Positions 10,990 to 24,994 are shown, counted from the stretch's first letter. The stretch is 64,000 bases of DNA from Octopus vulgaris (GCA_951406725.2 OX597822.1:110174001-110238000); one strand, 5' to 3'. The notes: generated by a model not told the origin, from the letters alone. Program-made: numbers and translations.

Positions 10990-13900
10990 CATCGAATCTG
11001 AGTAGGCGATAAATATTGGAATGAAGAATCTATTTTTTTTTGGTGCCTGAAACTATGAAAGGAAAAATGTAGCGTAAAGTTACTAACAGTATTAGCAAGA
11101 AAGAAACTAAACAAAAAGATTATGAGAAACGACTTTCTATCTAATATTGGTTGTGATGGAACCTAGTTGCATCACCTTACAGAAAGAATAGAAAAAAGAA
11201 TAGATGTAATACGGAAAACAGGTATGAAAAAAAACATTCCTCGGTGAGAGAGAGAGAGAGGGGAGAGGAAGGATATGAAAAAAGAGGGTAGAAGAGAGAG
11301 GGAAGGTGCGAAGGAAAGAAAGTGAGACGGAGAGAGAGCGTTACAGTTAAAAATGAATCAGAAAAGACCAACCGTTCCGTGTTCTATAAAAAACAGAAAG
11401 CTGTATGGTGTCAGTGTTGGAGTAGTTTTGAATCCAATATTGCTTGCATTTACTGATGAAGAACGTATTGTAATATTTGATCGAATTCTCACTTGCACCT
11501 AGTGACCCGAGGATATTAAGCTAGATTTACTGTTTTGTTTGATTCAATGTACATCAAATGGGATTAATATTTAGATGGTAAATGGAAATTGCTATCGGAA
11601 AGATAGAGAAATAGTGACATTCTGTAATAGTAGTTGTGTTTTTTTTATTGTTGTTATCTCTAACTTCACACCTTAAAGTGATAGATTTCTTAATGATATT
11701 TTTGGAGAGAATGTGCTTCGGTGGTTTCCATTGTCGACTCCAAACCGAAGAGAATATTCGAACTCTGTTTTAAGATAAACCGTTCATTAATCTTGTAGTT
11801 TTTCAGAACTAAGCTCAGCTCTGTCTATCCATGGTACCTACTTAGAGTCCAGTGGACTGAAGAAAAGAGAATATGTTTCCTTCTAGAAAATATCAAGAGA
11901 CGAGATATTAACCATCCACTTTTCATACAATCTTTCAGCATCTCCTGGTCCTTACATTTAAATCATAGCATCCAACAAAAACATCTTTGAAGTGTACATT
12001 TGTAAAGATTTACTTAATTATTCTAACATAGAGACACAAGGTCACGTATTTGTTGGAAGAATACAGTCGGTGAAATCAAACCCGATACAGGACTGTTTTT
12101 TTATTTTATCGAGTCCGGAAGGGAGAGAGGCAAATTTAGCCTCAGTGGGATTTGAACCTCGAACGCATTTGGAGTTCTTTTCGCGACTATATTGTGTCCA
12201 GTTAAAATATATGTGTTCCTTACGGTAACATACGGTTCCTTGGTAGAGGTTACAGGAATCTATTTATATTCAATATTTAAATAGTTTAATTTATTCAGTT
12301 ATACTTTGTTTACTTATATTGTTTTCACTTGGCTCATCTGCTTTATCCCACGTCGACTTCTTTTATTTCATTGGTAAAAGGTATTTTAAAACCATTTAAA
12401 AAAAATTTTAAACCATAAAAGATTTAAAATCTCTTTTCTCCGATGGTATAATTTCCTCTTTCCTTTTTGAAGTTGATATCACAAGTGTTTCATAACAAAA
12501 TATTCATTTTGATTTTGGGTTATATGACAAAACCAGATCCGCTACAGGATTTATTCCTTCTTAGCTATGCATTCAATACTGCCGGTGTTATAAGGATATG
12601 AAATGCTTGTTAGAGAGATTTCTGCGTAAAGTGTTAGAAAAAATGTTGTTTTATTTCTGATATTATTTACAAAACGATCTGGGAGGTAAATTCTTATCTA
12701 ACTTTAGATATTTTTCAAGTCAGTGCAAAACAGCATCGATGAGATATCAATCTCTAAAAATAGAATTATATAACTTTAAGGAAATAAATGTCCAAGGGAA
12801 CCGATAAATGCTTCTTATTACAAACGTTACGGGAAATATATTTTTTTCCAAAATTTTACTCAAAAGAAATATACGGGAAGTAATTTTCTTGTATGTGTCC
12901 CTTTTATAGCAAGTTAAAAAAACTGAAACGTTTCTAGAATATTTTTAATAAAATAAATCTACAAAAAACATTTCAAATCGTGAAAATTCTTTGAAGTAAA
13001 TTTGAATGATGAATTAACAGAACTCAGCTTTACTTTCAACTAACAGAACTCAACTTTACTTCATAATTCGCTTCATGTTATGGAGTATTAGTAATAGAAT
13101 TGTTCTTGATTTGCAAATCATGTTATTTGTGCTCGTATAATTCACCAAGACATAGAATATTCTGTGGAATGGTTTCATAATCGATGAAAGAGAATGTAAA
13201 TGGGAGATGAAAATGAAAAAAAAAATCCAAAAAAGCTGGAAAAAGCAAGGTTTAAGTAAATGAAAGACAAAACAAATATAAATAATGAAAGTAGTCTTTC
13301 TGCTTCTGATTCTGACACATTTCCAATTAATATGAATTTTTTCCCCATAAATCGTAGGAAGTTATGAAAAATAAAATGAAGACAGGAATAAATAAAGTGT
13401 TTGAAGGAGAAGTGACAGTTAAAAGTTTGACATTTATTAGGCAATCCCCGATGTCAGAGACTAATTCAAAATGACAATAAAATCACAAGAGTATTCTAGA
13501 TAGTTGTAGTTAACGATCGAACAATAGATTTCTTTTGTTTTATTGATTCTATTCGAAAGCAGCGAATTTAATATCAATATCGTTTTCTCTGAACAAAAAC
13601 CAAGGTCACGTATTCGGAGCGAGGAAAACACGAAAAGGAAGTTGTGAACTTTATGCATTTACTAAGTAAGGCATTAAAGAAAAAGAAAAAAAAACAATAA
13701 CATATTTTAATGAGAATCGAAACCGTACCGTAATCTGTTGACGCTTATATATTTCCTATGGTGCTCATCATAACTCTAATGATTAATGATCTCTTCCTGC
13801 ACATCTTCAATGTCATTTCCTTTTCATTTGCTACCGTTACCGTTTTTGAAGAGCAGCGTTTAATGGTGATAGCAGCTCGTGATTTCTTGTCCTTTAAAAT

Positions 13901-15344
13901 TGATGTGAGAGCAAAGTTATTGCCCTTGATATCACGTATGTTGAAGTAATTCGCGGAAAAGCTATTTACATTATTTACGTTATCACGAATGAAGTAGATA
14001 TGAAAGTTCATTATCAGGTTTATCCATCACAGTATGTACAGCCGGAACTTTCTTCTTCGACTATCACTCTAGCAGCTCGAGTATACCTCAAAGGTAGGCT
14101 CCTTTCCCTACACTTTCTATTCTCTATATTTATGACCAGTCACACAAGCACACATATACACAAACGCACACGCACATTTTAGATGATACTCTCATACAAT
14201 TCTTCCCCACACAGGCCTACACCTTGGCAACATTAACATGCACACACATTACGATTACACGCACACACACACACACACACTTACGCACACATACACCAGG
14301 AGTGGATGCTATTTGTGAATAAATACCTCGAAGGCAATTTGAAATACACATTGGAAATAGAGTTTTATTCAACAACATCCAATTGCTAACGTTACACGTT
14401 TTAACAACGGAAGCACACAATAATTCGTTCACTGCGCTTATGAATGAAACGCAATTAAAATTAGCTCGCACCTTATCTACTACATAAATAGTTTCTGATC
14501 CTTTGAACTTGCCAAATCAATACAGATCTAATCAAAAACCACTTGATGCACTCACCTTTTCTCCTCTCGTTAGCACCTAAGCATTCTTCAACCATTCTCC
14601 CCAACATCGTTCCCAAACTCATACAGACAAACACATACATCACTCCAAACTTGGATGTTATCCATATCTTTAATAAAGAATTGTGAAAAATTGAAGCATA
14701 AAAATACTTACAATTTACTCTGATTTTTTTTTTTTGTTATGGAAAATCAGAGAATGCTAGAATTACAATCTATTTTCCTTTAAAAACGAATTTTCTTAAC
14801 CGATTGAGCATAAATTTAAGGACGTGACTCGGTATACTTAACCCAATGTAGCTCGGTTTCTTTAAGTGCTTCTTTTCTCTATGTAAGACTTGTCCCTTCA
14901 TCTCCAACAGCAACGCTCATAACTGGCCCAAAAGCTCAATTCCGCATCATCGACAACGTCAACTGCATCTCCATCAACTTCATATATTGAATGAAATAAT
15001 GTAAACTCTTGTTATATATTTGCTACAAAAGAAAATTTTTTTTATATGTGAGCAAGACTGATCGTTGTCTGGGTGACTGCCTACCCAGGTGCTTTCGTGA
15101 TAACTGGAAAAACACTGAAGTAAGCTCCAAATACGTAGCTAGATATTTTAATTGTCCAATCAATTTCTTCACTCGTCTTTCTGTGCATTACAACAAAGCC
15201 CAAACTCTACCGGTATACACAGGGACAAAAACCAAATATTTTCCACCGCCGCACGCAGCAATGAAATTCTCACACTGTCTTACTTCATCCAATTCTTGCA
15301 ACTTCCCTTTTCTCCATTTGCAGATGTATAATCAAAGGGTCAAA

Positions 15345-15393
15345 GGTCCTATTCGAGTCACAGGCTCATAAGGCCGGTTTTCCGGATTCTCTA

Positions 15394-15440
<47 letters not shown>

Positions 15441-15623
15441 CCCACCCAGCACACACCTAGACGGGACGCCTGTCCGTCCCAGGATTAGTCATTTTTGTCA
15501 GCTGAGTGAACTGGAGCAATGTGAAATGAAGTATTTTGCTCAAAAACACAACCCATCGACTGGTCAGGAGTCGAAACCACGATCTTACAATCATGAGTGC
15601 TAACTACTAAGCCGTATGCCTTC
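15345..15623 (-). mobile_element. SINE family D, older copy with internal TA expansion
   Basis: GCTGAGTGAACTGGAGCAATGTGAAATGAAGT core shared with family. Confidence 0.8.
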
Positions 15624-15669
15624 ATTTACGTGTGTAATGACAGCTAGAAATATGTAATTATCTTTCTTT

Positions 15670-15913
15670 GTGCCCATTTAAAGCCTAGCCAGGCCCCTGG
15701 GCCCGGTTTCCTGGTTTCAATGGGGTATGTGTTCCCCAGCTGGACAGGACACCAGTCCATCGCAGCGTTACTCATTGTTGCCAGCTGAGTGGACTGGAGC
15801 AACGTGAAATGAAGTGGTTTGCTTAAGAACAAAACGCGTCGCCCGGTCTAGGAATCGAAACCACAATCTTACGATCATGATGTTGACGCCCTAACCACTA
15901 AGCCACGCGCCTC
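15670..15913 (-). mobile_element. SINE family D
   Basis: Near-identical to 1056-1306; flanking direct repeat TGTAATGACAGCTA (15633-15646 / 15924-15937). Confidence 0.88.
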
Positions 15914-16639
15914 TACAGGGATATGTAATGACAGCTAATAATCCCTCCTCATATTTATATTCATACACACACGTGCACAGACGCTTACTTGGTTGGGTTG
16001 TTATTGTTTAGCACTTGGCAAGCTCTGACTGATAGAAGTCATTCTGGTTATGGCAATTTTCCTTTTTCCTATATGTGAGTGCATAATGTCCTTTCTATTT
16101 TCAGGACTTTTCCGTGTAATTTGTAATTATTTGATTTCTGTATCTGGTTTATCAGTTGACATGGCTAATACTCGTATCTATTCACCTCTCATTTTAATAT
16201 AATAAAATCCATACTCTCAGGTGAAGGGAATTTTGCCGACTCATTTTATTTACGAAGGCATGTTACCCTACAAACGACTAGGTAAACGTCTGTTGTTAGC
16301 ATCAACCTGTCGGGTATATTGTCTGTATATATTTCTGCCCGATTTCCATAAAACAAGTCTCCAGAAGTTTCCATGTTATTCATCACCTGAGAAGATAAGT
16401 ATTATATCAGAGAAAAAATATGCAGAAGTTAAAAATATATGTTCATAGCAATTAAATTTTCAAGTGAATATTCAGTGACAATGGAAATACGAAGAGCTAA
16501 ATAGCCACAATGGCAGCGAGAGAGTCTCACTCATCAGTTATTGTTAAACTGCTTTTTCTCAATATTCTCTCTCCACTCTCTTTCTCTATAATATATATAT
16601 GTATACGCTTGTGTATGTATGTGTGTGCATAAGTGAATA

Positions 16640-16681
<42 letters not shown>

Positions 16682-17292
16682 AGTATGTAATTTTGTATAT
16701 AAATGTTTATACATATGTATATCAATATATTCATATATATACATCATTAAATACATACACACACATGTATAAGTGTGTGTGTGCCTGTATATAAATGTCA
16801 GTGCATATGCACATATATATATCTATGCATTTTATAACTGTCTATCTATCTGTCTATCTCTCTCTATATATATATATATATACATACAGGCATACAGCTA
16901 TATGTAACTATATCTGTATATTCAGCATATTCAAATATTAGCTGAAATAACATTTTTGATTATTTCTGCTTTGATTTTATATTAGATTTCATTCTTGTTG
17001 CACAAGAACCTAGATATGGATTATCAGCAATTGAAACAAATATATCTTTTATAGCCTGAATGGTTTAGAAGAAACAGCATCGTGTTCCATGTTGCAAAAA
17101 TCAAATGATATTGAGAAAATTTTATTTAATATTAGTAATAATGGTTGAGTAAAAGAGTAAGTGGCATATATTCTGCAGAGAACACAGAGAAGCCAACAAC
17201 AAAAACAGGCTGGTGTAGATGGAGATAACGATAATTCTTTAAATGTATACAGTGGGTGTATATAGTAGACATGTAGAGTGAATATGTACAGT

Positions 17293-17730
17293 AGGCGCAA
17301 GAGTGGCTGTGTGGTAAGTAGCTTGATCACCAACCACATGGTTCCGGGTTCAGGCCCACTGCGTGGCACCTTGAGCAAGTGTCTTCTGCTATAGCCTCGG
17401 CCGACCAAAGCCTGGTGAATGGATTTGGTAGACAGAAACTGAAAGAAGCACGTCGTATATATATATATATATATACATATATTTATATATATATATGTAT
17501 ATATATATGTGAGTGTGTGTGTTTGTATGTCTGTGTTTGTCCCCCTCCCCCAAAATCGCTTGACAACAGATGCTGGTGTGTTTACGTCCCCGTAAATTTG
17601 CGGTTCGGCAAAAGAGACTGATAGAATAAGTACTAGGCTTACAAAGAATAAGTCCTTGGGTCGATTTGCTCAACTAAAGGCGGTGCTCCAGCATGGTCGC
17701 ATTCAAATGACTGAAAGAAGTAAAAGAGTA
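17293..17730 (+). mobile_element. SINE family A
   Basis: Full-length; sits in a degenerate tandem repeat of about 12 bp (GTATATAGTGGA-like) present on both sides. Confidence 0.9.
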
Positions 17731-17929
17731 GATTTATATTGTACATGTATACAGTGGATGTCTATTGCGGATCTATAGTAGTTGGTGTATATAATAGATG
17801 TATATAATATACATATACGGTTGATGTATATTCTGGATGTATATAGTGGATACTTAAGTTAATTTTTTTTTAAATGCATTTCTGAAACGTTGATATAAAA
17901 TTCATGAAAAATTATGCAGATATTGATAT

Positions 17930-18100
17930 ATCGCTGAGATTAATGAATGTACTATAGTAATTAATTTATGTGACATAGTAATGTAGGAATGTACCATAGA
18001 AATTAATTAAGGTACTGTAGTAATTAAATAATGCATTATAGTAATTAATGTACAACAATGATTAACTAATGTACAGTAGTAGTTAAAGAATGTAGCAAAG
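17930..18100. repeat. Degenerate tandem repeat of about 21 bp (TAATGAATGTACTATAGTAAT-like)
   Basis: Recurrent TAGTAATTAA / ATGTAC motifs at regular spacing. Confidence 0.6.
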
Positions 18101-19456
18101 CAATTTCCTGCAGTAAATCTCCATAAATGGTAATAGCATATATGCCGTTTCCTCTCAAATATTGGAACATAACGGAGAACTAGATATTGATGTCTTTCTA
18201 GAAGAAATTCAATTTCGCTGGATTATTTCTAAACTGTTTCCACTAAAGTTTCACAGTTCCATTGGCATACAAATAATCGTTTGCTGTTTATTGGTACAGT
18301 TAACATTTACAAAAATATACGGTAATTAATTCGGAGACATAATGGACTACAAAGAGAAACGAATATACAAATTAATTTTCCATTCAGGAAGTTAGTTCTC
18401 ATGGCAAATAAGCTTTTGTTATTTTTCGCGTCTTGTTTCATGATTTGTTTTATTTTCTCTGTACTGTACATTGTAAAAAAAAAAACTGCTTCTTTTTTAT
18501 TTCATCCTATAATACCTAATAGAATTCTTTGAAAGCTATCTGTCTGTGAGAGAAATATAATTGAATTACACAAGATTTATTGCTTTAAGATTGTATTTAA
18601 TAGGACATTATATATTTTTTTAATCAATGACTTCTATTGTAACAATATTTCTTCCATAATATTCCAAGTCTCTGAATGTCTTCAGATAAAATAACCAGCG
18701 TCCTTTTGTTAATAATATATAAACTAATGTAGTGTTGGTAAGTAAGAAGATGGGCTTTTCCAGTAATGTAGTGTTTACGAACTAAGTGTATCGAATAAAA
18801 AACCAAGAAGCAAAAAATAACAAGCAAATAAGAGAAAGCAAAACAGAAGAAAACTCTCTTTCAACACTGATTCACCTATGAAAGTATTTGACCCTAAATT
18901 TCAAATAAATGGAAAACTTGGCAATTGTTCAGCATCGGGTGGCGTATACTGTCAATAATGTTGCGTGTTACTAAACGACAAATTTCATCTAATTCTAAAT
19001 CCCACGGCCTCTGAGATGCGCGAAGTCGAAAGGATCAAATCTTGAATGCGTTGATTTGGAAATGACTGATCAAATAAGAAAATCCAGGGAATATTCTGCT
19101 CGATAATAATTTAAATACCAATTCAGGAATAAATTAAAAATAGGATTCCAGCAGATCAATAATTCAGAGAAAATGGTGTTCGTAGCTATCAGTGTGATCG
19201 CATTTACGTAGCTAAGTGGAAACGGCGTTCGAAGCCATAAAAGGAAACGGCCGGCCGTACTAGGAAACACCAACTTTTCTTTTAGAAACAAAACCGGTAA
19301 GTCACTTTGCAGTTCTATTTGCGCAAGTTTTAAGTGACATCTTTTGACATATTTTAACGACTCACACACTCCGTATTTTGATCAGCTCCTACTGCATTAC
19401 ATACAATTATATATACAAGCTAGAAGATGTAACCGTGTGATAAGAAGCTTGTTTCC

Positions 19457-20449
19457 GCGCATGCATCAGGTTATTTGCTGTCTGGATTTTGTAAGAGTCG
19501 GACGTAGATTTTTCTGTTGCTTAGAAGATGTACTCAGACCTTGACGGGTCTGAGTTGCAGTCGACGTCGGAGCTGGTAAAGGCGGTCATAAAGATGGAAG
19601 CAGTGTTGATGAAAAGGAGGTTTGCTGAATCTACGGAGGTGAAGCGAAGGGAGCTGGACTTGGCTGGTCTGAGAGAGTATGAGAAGATGGCAACGTGAAG
19701 TTGTTGCTCCCCAAAGGAATTATGGAGAGGATGAAGAAAACGATCCCCTATAAGGTGTACTCGTTGACAGGTAAGAAGGCAGAACAGGTGGAGGCAGAAG
19801 TAGAAAAGGCGCTGAGGGAACGATCAAAGGAGATAACGTACATAACCAAAGAAAGAAGATATGGGACAATGGTCGTCCAATTTAGGACAGTAGAGACGAG
19901 GAAGCTGGCAAGTGTGACGGTGAAAATAGAGAAAGTAGTGTTTCTTTCCACATACCTTGGAAGAAAGACTTCCAAGGTGAAGGTAGATGCAATACCACCG
20001 GATATAGAAGTGGCTTGGATAGCGGTAGCTGTCCTTGTTGGAAGCGAGTCGAATGTGGCTGTCCTCTAAGCTACAGAAACAGAAGAAGGAGGGTGGAAAG
20101 GAAAGACACATGAAGTCATTATTCAGACGGAGGAGGGACAACTTGAGAACTTGGCAGAGACGGTGACATTGGGAGAAATTGTGCTGAAGGTGTGGGTTGA
20201 GGGCAGAGTACCACATTGTTTTAAATGTGGCTAAAAGCACCACATTAGAGCATACTGCCCTCTACAGAGGACAATGGCTGAGGAAACAGTTGTAAAAACG
20301 GAAGAGAAAAGAGAAGAAGAAAAGAAGAAAGAAAAGGAGGAAGAATGGAAAGTTACAGAGAGCAGAAGGAGAAAGAATAAAAAAGAAAAATCAGAGAGTA
20401 TGATGTGGTACCCCCGTCCAATTCCATCCCATCCAAGACCACTCAGACC
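19457..20449 (+). mobile_element. Non-LTR retrotransposon 5' UTR plus decayed ORF1 (gag-like, CCHC zinc knuckle; Tx1/L1-like)
   Basis: ATG at 19528: MYSDLDGSELQSTSELVKAV...; after a frameshift VKLLLPKGIMERMKK...VKVDAIPPDI...VWVEGRVPHCFKCG*KHHIRAYCP, then a K/E-rich tail with WK..ESRRRK. Confidence 0.75.
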
Positions 20450-20551
20450 CATGGTTTCGAGTTAAGTCCCACAGCATGGAACCTTGGTCAAGTATCTTCT
20501 CCAATAGCCTCGGGCCGAGTAAAGCCTTGTGAGTGGATTTGGTAGATGGAA

Positions 20552-20555
<4 letters not shown>
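20450..20555 (+). mobile_element. SINE family A remainder (its head lies at about 19417-19456, split off by the ORF1 element)
   Basis: CATGGTTTCGAGTTAAGTCCCAC...GCCTTGTGAGTGGATTTGGTAGA matches SINE-A just downstream of ...CTTGCTT.CCAACCA. Confidence 0.8.
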
Positions 20556-20621
<66 letters not shown>

Positions 20622-21687
20622 ATATGTATATATATATATATGTATATATATAAGTATATATGTAAATATATATATATGTATATATATAAGTATATATGTA
20701 AATATATATATATATAAGTATATATATATATATATATATATATGTGTATATATATATATGTGTATATGTATGTATATGTTAATAAAATAGAACATATGCA
20801 TATATATAAACATATATGTACGTACCTACCTCTACATGTACATATACACGCATATATGTGTACAGGACACCAAAAAGACGTCGAACACATAGAGAGACGA
20901 AAAACATAGATACAAACCAAGGAACAAGACAAGCAAAAAAAAAAAAGAGGAGATACAGGACAATAAGCACAACGAAAAATCCCCTTCTTCAGTCGCTAAG
21001 GTTTCATCTACTAAACGTTTCGAAGGATAAAAGCGAGACGTATACTTCGAAGAAAACTTCCTTCCTGCGAAAAGCAAATCAATTAAAATTCTGAGATCTT
21101 TTCGCAGAGGGGTAAAAAAAGCAAGACGGTAACGACAGTACAAACATATAAACAGTAAAAAATATATATATAAACAGTGGAAAAATAAATATATAACAGT
21201 GAGAGACAGGACAAGGAGAACAAGATAAGAAGGGCTGTTAACGCCAGACGAAAAAAGTATTGCAAACGCTGGATTATAGTTGTATATACATATATAAACT
21301 GAAAGAAGGCTGTCATATTTTTGTTCGTTATTTCTTTAGTATTATATGACTTTGTGAAAATATAGGGGCGTAAAAGCCAAAATGTTAAATTTTGTTAATC
21401 TGGAGTAAATTTTATTAATAATAAGGTGAACCAAACTAATATCTAGGCAGCAATTATTCAATTGTAAGCGGTCACTTGCTTTGCTAATGTTATAAAAGGT
21501 TTATTTAATATTTCCTGGCTAAATAATCCGATTTGAAAATAATCTATGTTTATTGTTATATGTAATGTTTTTCACCTAATTTTCTATGATTTGGCGTTGT
21601 TATTAACATTATCATAAGTTGAATACTTGAAATAATGAAGTAATGAGTATAATTTAGTTGCTACTTGGAATTGCTATTCTGTAATTG

Positions 21688-22136
21688 AAGGCGGCAAACT
21701 TGCAGAATCAGTTGCGCCAAAAGTGCTTGGCAGCGTTTCTTCCGGCTGATACATCCTGAGTTCAAATTCTGTATGAGTCAACTTTCACTCTCATCCCTTC
21801 GGAGTCTATAAAATAAGCACTAGTTGAGTAGTGGGGTTGTCGTCATACCTCTAGTATTACAGGCCTTGTGCCAAAATTTGAAGCAATTTTCTTTTTCACG
21901 AAGATTTTTAGAACTGCTTTTTCTTATAAGGTTTTAATATTCTTAAAGTCAGAAGGCGGCGAGCTGGCACAATCATTAGCATGTCGGGCGAAATGCAGAG
22001 CGGCATTTCCTCCATCTTTATGTTCTGTGTTCAAATTCTCCCGGGGTCGACTTTACCAGTTGAGTACTAAGTTCGATCTATTCGACTTAACCCTTCCTCC
22101 AAAATTCCTGGTCTTGTGCAAAAATTTGAAACCAGT
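21688..22136 (+). mobile_element. Two older SINE-B copies, tail type 2 (21688-21885; 21953-22136)
   Basis: AAGGCGGC.A.CT.GCA.AATC heads, GTTCAAATTC, CTTGTGC.AAAATTTGAA tails. Confidence 0.8.
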
Positions 22137-22662
22137 GTTCTTAAATTAAAATTTAAAGCATTAGCGTTCTTATAGAAATTCAGGTTGGATGTCATATCTA
22201 ATATGTCGGTTTGAAAGGGTTCCAGGCTCTAAATTCTTGGAGCAGTTGTGCCTCTTTATACCACCGTATAAAGTTTGTGTTCTAAGACCTGCTGGAGAAT
22301 AGTTGGAGGATTTTTAATGCGTTCATTTAATAACATCCCTATCATGTAGCACTTGTTATAGAAAGTGTCATAAGACACACATTAAAGCGTAAACCAAGCT
22401 GCATAAATCCATAATTGATGCAACAGTTTTTGAATATAATCGATGCTCATCAATATTGTATACTTTCAAGTATTGTCACTAATCACAGATTGTTTGATAA
22501 ATAATTGGGTTTTTTAACTGAACAGAGTAATATTTATAAATTGAGAGAAACATTTATAAGAGATTGCGCTATTTCATTACATGTTTCAGTCAACTCATGC
22601 AGTGGTTGCTCATATAATTAATCGTCATGTTATATAGTTGTATAATACTTATACACATACAC

Positions 22663-22729
<67 letters not shown>

Positions 22730-22840
22730 TATTACATGTGTATTAATATACGTATATGTGTGTGTGGATATTCATGCACGTGTATTCATACATATCGATG
22801 CATACACACGCAAATTCACGAACAGTGGTATATATATAAA

Positions 22841-22906
<66 letters not shown>

Positions 22907-23445
22907 CGTGTGTGTGTGTGTATTCATCTCAGTAAAGCTATTTAACGTAAAAGGTATTTTTTGGGGAAGAGAATATTCAATTATTTTTATTAATTAATCA
23001 AGGAAATCTTTGAAAAATAGCGTTGAAGTTTTAATTAGCTGCAAAAATTTATATTAATGGGTTATAAAATTGAAGAAATCTTGTTAAGAGTCTTTTGCGA
23101 ATGGATTTTTTTTGTATTGGCTTTAAGTTTTCATGTCAGTGTTAATAATAAGATTTTGTGTGGCAAACGCTATTATTGTCATCATCGTCGTCACTGTAAT
23201 TGTTTTAGGATTGAAGACGGAGAAAGAGTATAGTAATGGGTAATTTATGGAAGAATCGGTAGAGAACTGGAAAATATGCGTCAAGCTTTTGGATTGCTTA
23301 CATTTTGTATTTTGAGTTCAAATCATACTAGAATCACTTTCGCCTTTGTCATTCTGGGGTATATATAAAAGATAGTGAAATACTCGAGTAAATGTGAAAG
23401 TTTGATACTAATGTACATATAGCTGTAATACTACTGTACATATAT

Positions 23446-23795
23446 GGAGGCGCAATGGCCCAGTGGTTAGGGCAGCGGACTCACGGTCGTAGGATCGAGG
23501 TTTCGTTTTCCAGGCCGGGCATTGTGAGTCTTTATTGAGCGAAATCACCTAAAGCTCCACGAGGCTCAGGCAGAGGATGGTGCGAACCCTGCTGTATTCT
23601 TTCACCACAACTTTCTCTGACTCTTTCTTCCTGTTTCTGTTGTACCTGTATTTCAAAGGGTCCAGTCTTGTCACACTCTGTGTCACGAGAACTACGTTAA
23701 GGGTACACGTGTCTGTGAAGTGCTCAGCCACTTGTACGTTCCGTTGATCGGATGAATGGAACCCTCGTCGTCGTAACCGACGGAGTGCTCTTATT
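23446..23795 (+). mobile_element. SINE family C with an alternative 3' tail
   Basis: Head and core match family C; the tail differs; TSD TACTG(T/G)ACATATAT at 23432-23445 / 23796-23809. Confidence 0.85.
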
Positions 23796-24116
23796 TACTG
23801 GACATATATCAATGTAATAATAGAGTACAAATGTCTGTGTAATACTGACAAACTAATAAATAAAAAGATATTTAAAATTCTCATATCATATCTCCAATAA
23901 ATTCATACTGTCCACAACTAAGACAATTTTCTTTTTCAGTTCTATATTTAAGAGATGAGGAATTATTTACATCATTTACATTATTTACATTTGACGGATA
24001 TTTGTCCTCATCTTGTTTGTTGTTAACACAACTTTTCGCCTGATATACCTTCCAGCCTTCATCTGGTGTCTTGGGGAAATTTCGAACCTGGGTTCTCATC
24101 CTAAGGTATTTTTCGA

Positions 24117-24162
<46 letters not shown>

Positions 24163-24720
24163 GAGTGAGAGAGCAGTTCAAGCCATCAAAGTGACACTGG
24201 GGTAAAATATACGAAGCCCAATATACCCATCATGACTACCCGTCTGATAAGGGTACAGTAGGCACATGCATCACAACCATATATGCGCGACATGGTGATC
24301 TCATATCAAGATAAACAGCGCATGACCTTGCAGGTGGGGCCCAGTTAGAATTTTCTTCAGGTTGTGTAGCCCATCCCGCTCAAAAGGTCCCTGAATAAGG
24401 GTTGTTTAAGGATGTTGAAAGAACCACCCATGTTACCAGTGGTGAATTATTCAAACCCCAAAGAATCCCTCTCAACACATGGCTATGATGCTCCCCCAAT
24501 ACTTCTGCTCGTGATCAGAGATGCACATATCGTCAGCCACTAAGGAACATGCTCAACTGGTTAAGGTCAAACAACTGACAAGCAAATCTGTGGTATTGAG
24601 CAGAATATTTGCTGTAGCCCATCTTTTATACCAAGACAAAACAATGTACATGATAATAACACTTCGAATCAGTTAAGATCAGAAGCCATGAGAGCTACTG
24701 CCTGGTACTGCATCAGGGCA
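24163..24720. mobile_element. Unrelated repeat fragment nested in the (ATT)n tract of the inverted element (possibly RTE-like)
   Basis: Breaks the symmetry of the inverted pair and is flanked on both sides by (ATT)n; class from recollection only. Confidence 0.5.
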
Positions 24721-24738
24721 TTTATTATTATTATAATA

Positions 24739-24782
<44 letters not shown>

Positions 24783-24948
24783 TCAGATCACTGCCTGGAA
24801 TTGAACTCGATTCTAGGCAGTGACCTGAATAATAATAATAAAAATAATAATAATAATAATGATGATGATGATAATAATAATAATTATAACAACAACGACG
24901 TCGAAAAAATACCTTAGGAATGAGAACCCAGGTACGAAATTTCCCCAA

Positions 24949-24994
24949 GACACCTGATGAAGGCTGGAAGGTATATCAGCCGAAAAGTTGTGTT
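24949..24994 (+). ncRNA. Minimal type I hammerhead ribozyme motif (probably impaired)
   Basis: Stem I GACAC/GTGTT, core CTGATGA(A), stem II GGCTG/CAGCC, GAAA, vestigial stem III, GUU triplet; the mirror copy at 24025-24070 (-) has a mutated core CAGATGA. Confidence 0.7.

Noticed and set aside
13745-14011. Tigger/CENP-B-like fragment (TSILKDKK)
   Set aside because: Similarity too short to support without a search.
20391-20932. Many ORFs rich in [12 protein letters not shown] (also 2523-2914, 40676-41083, 45114-45750, 60328-60889)
   Set aside because: Read-through of TA/CA microsatellites, which contain no stop codons; not proteins.
20860-21290. Additional Penelope-like termini or hammerheads (also 33320-33400 and 60190-60280)
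   Set aside because: GAAAC-palindrome motifs are present, but core and stems could not be assembled into a valid fold; single copies only.
23446-23520. tRNA genes
   Set aside because: tRNA-like A/B boxes continue into SINE bodies; no complete cloverleaf with acceptor stem seen.
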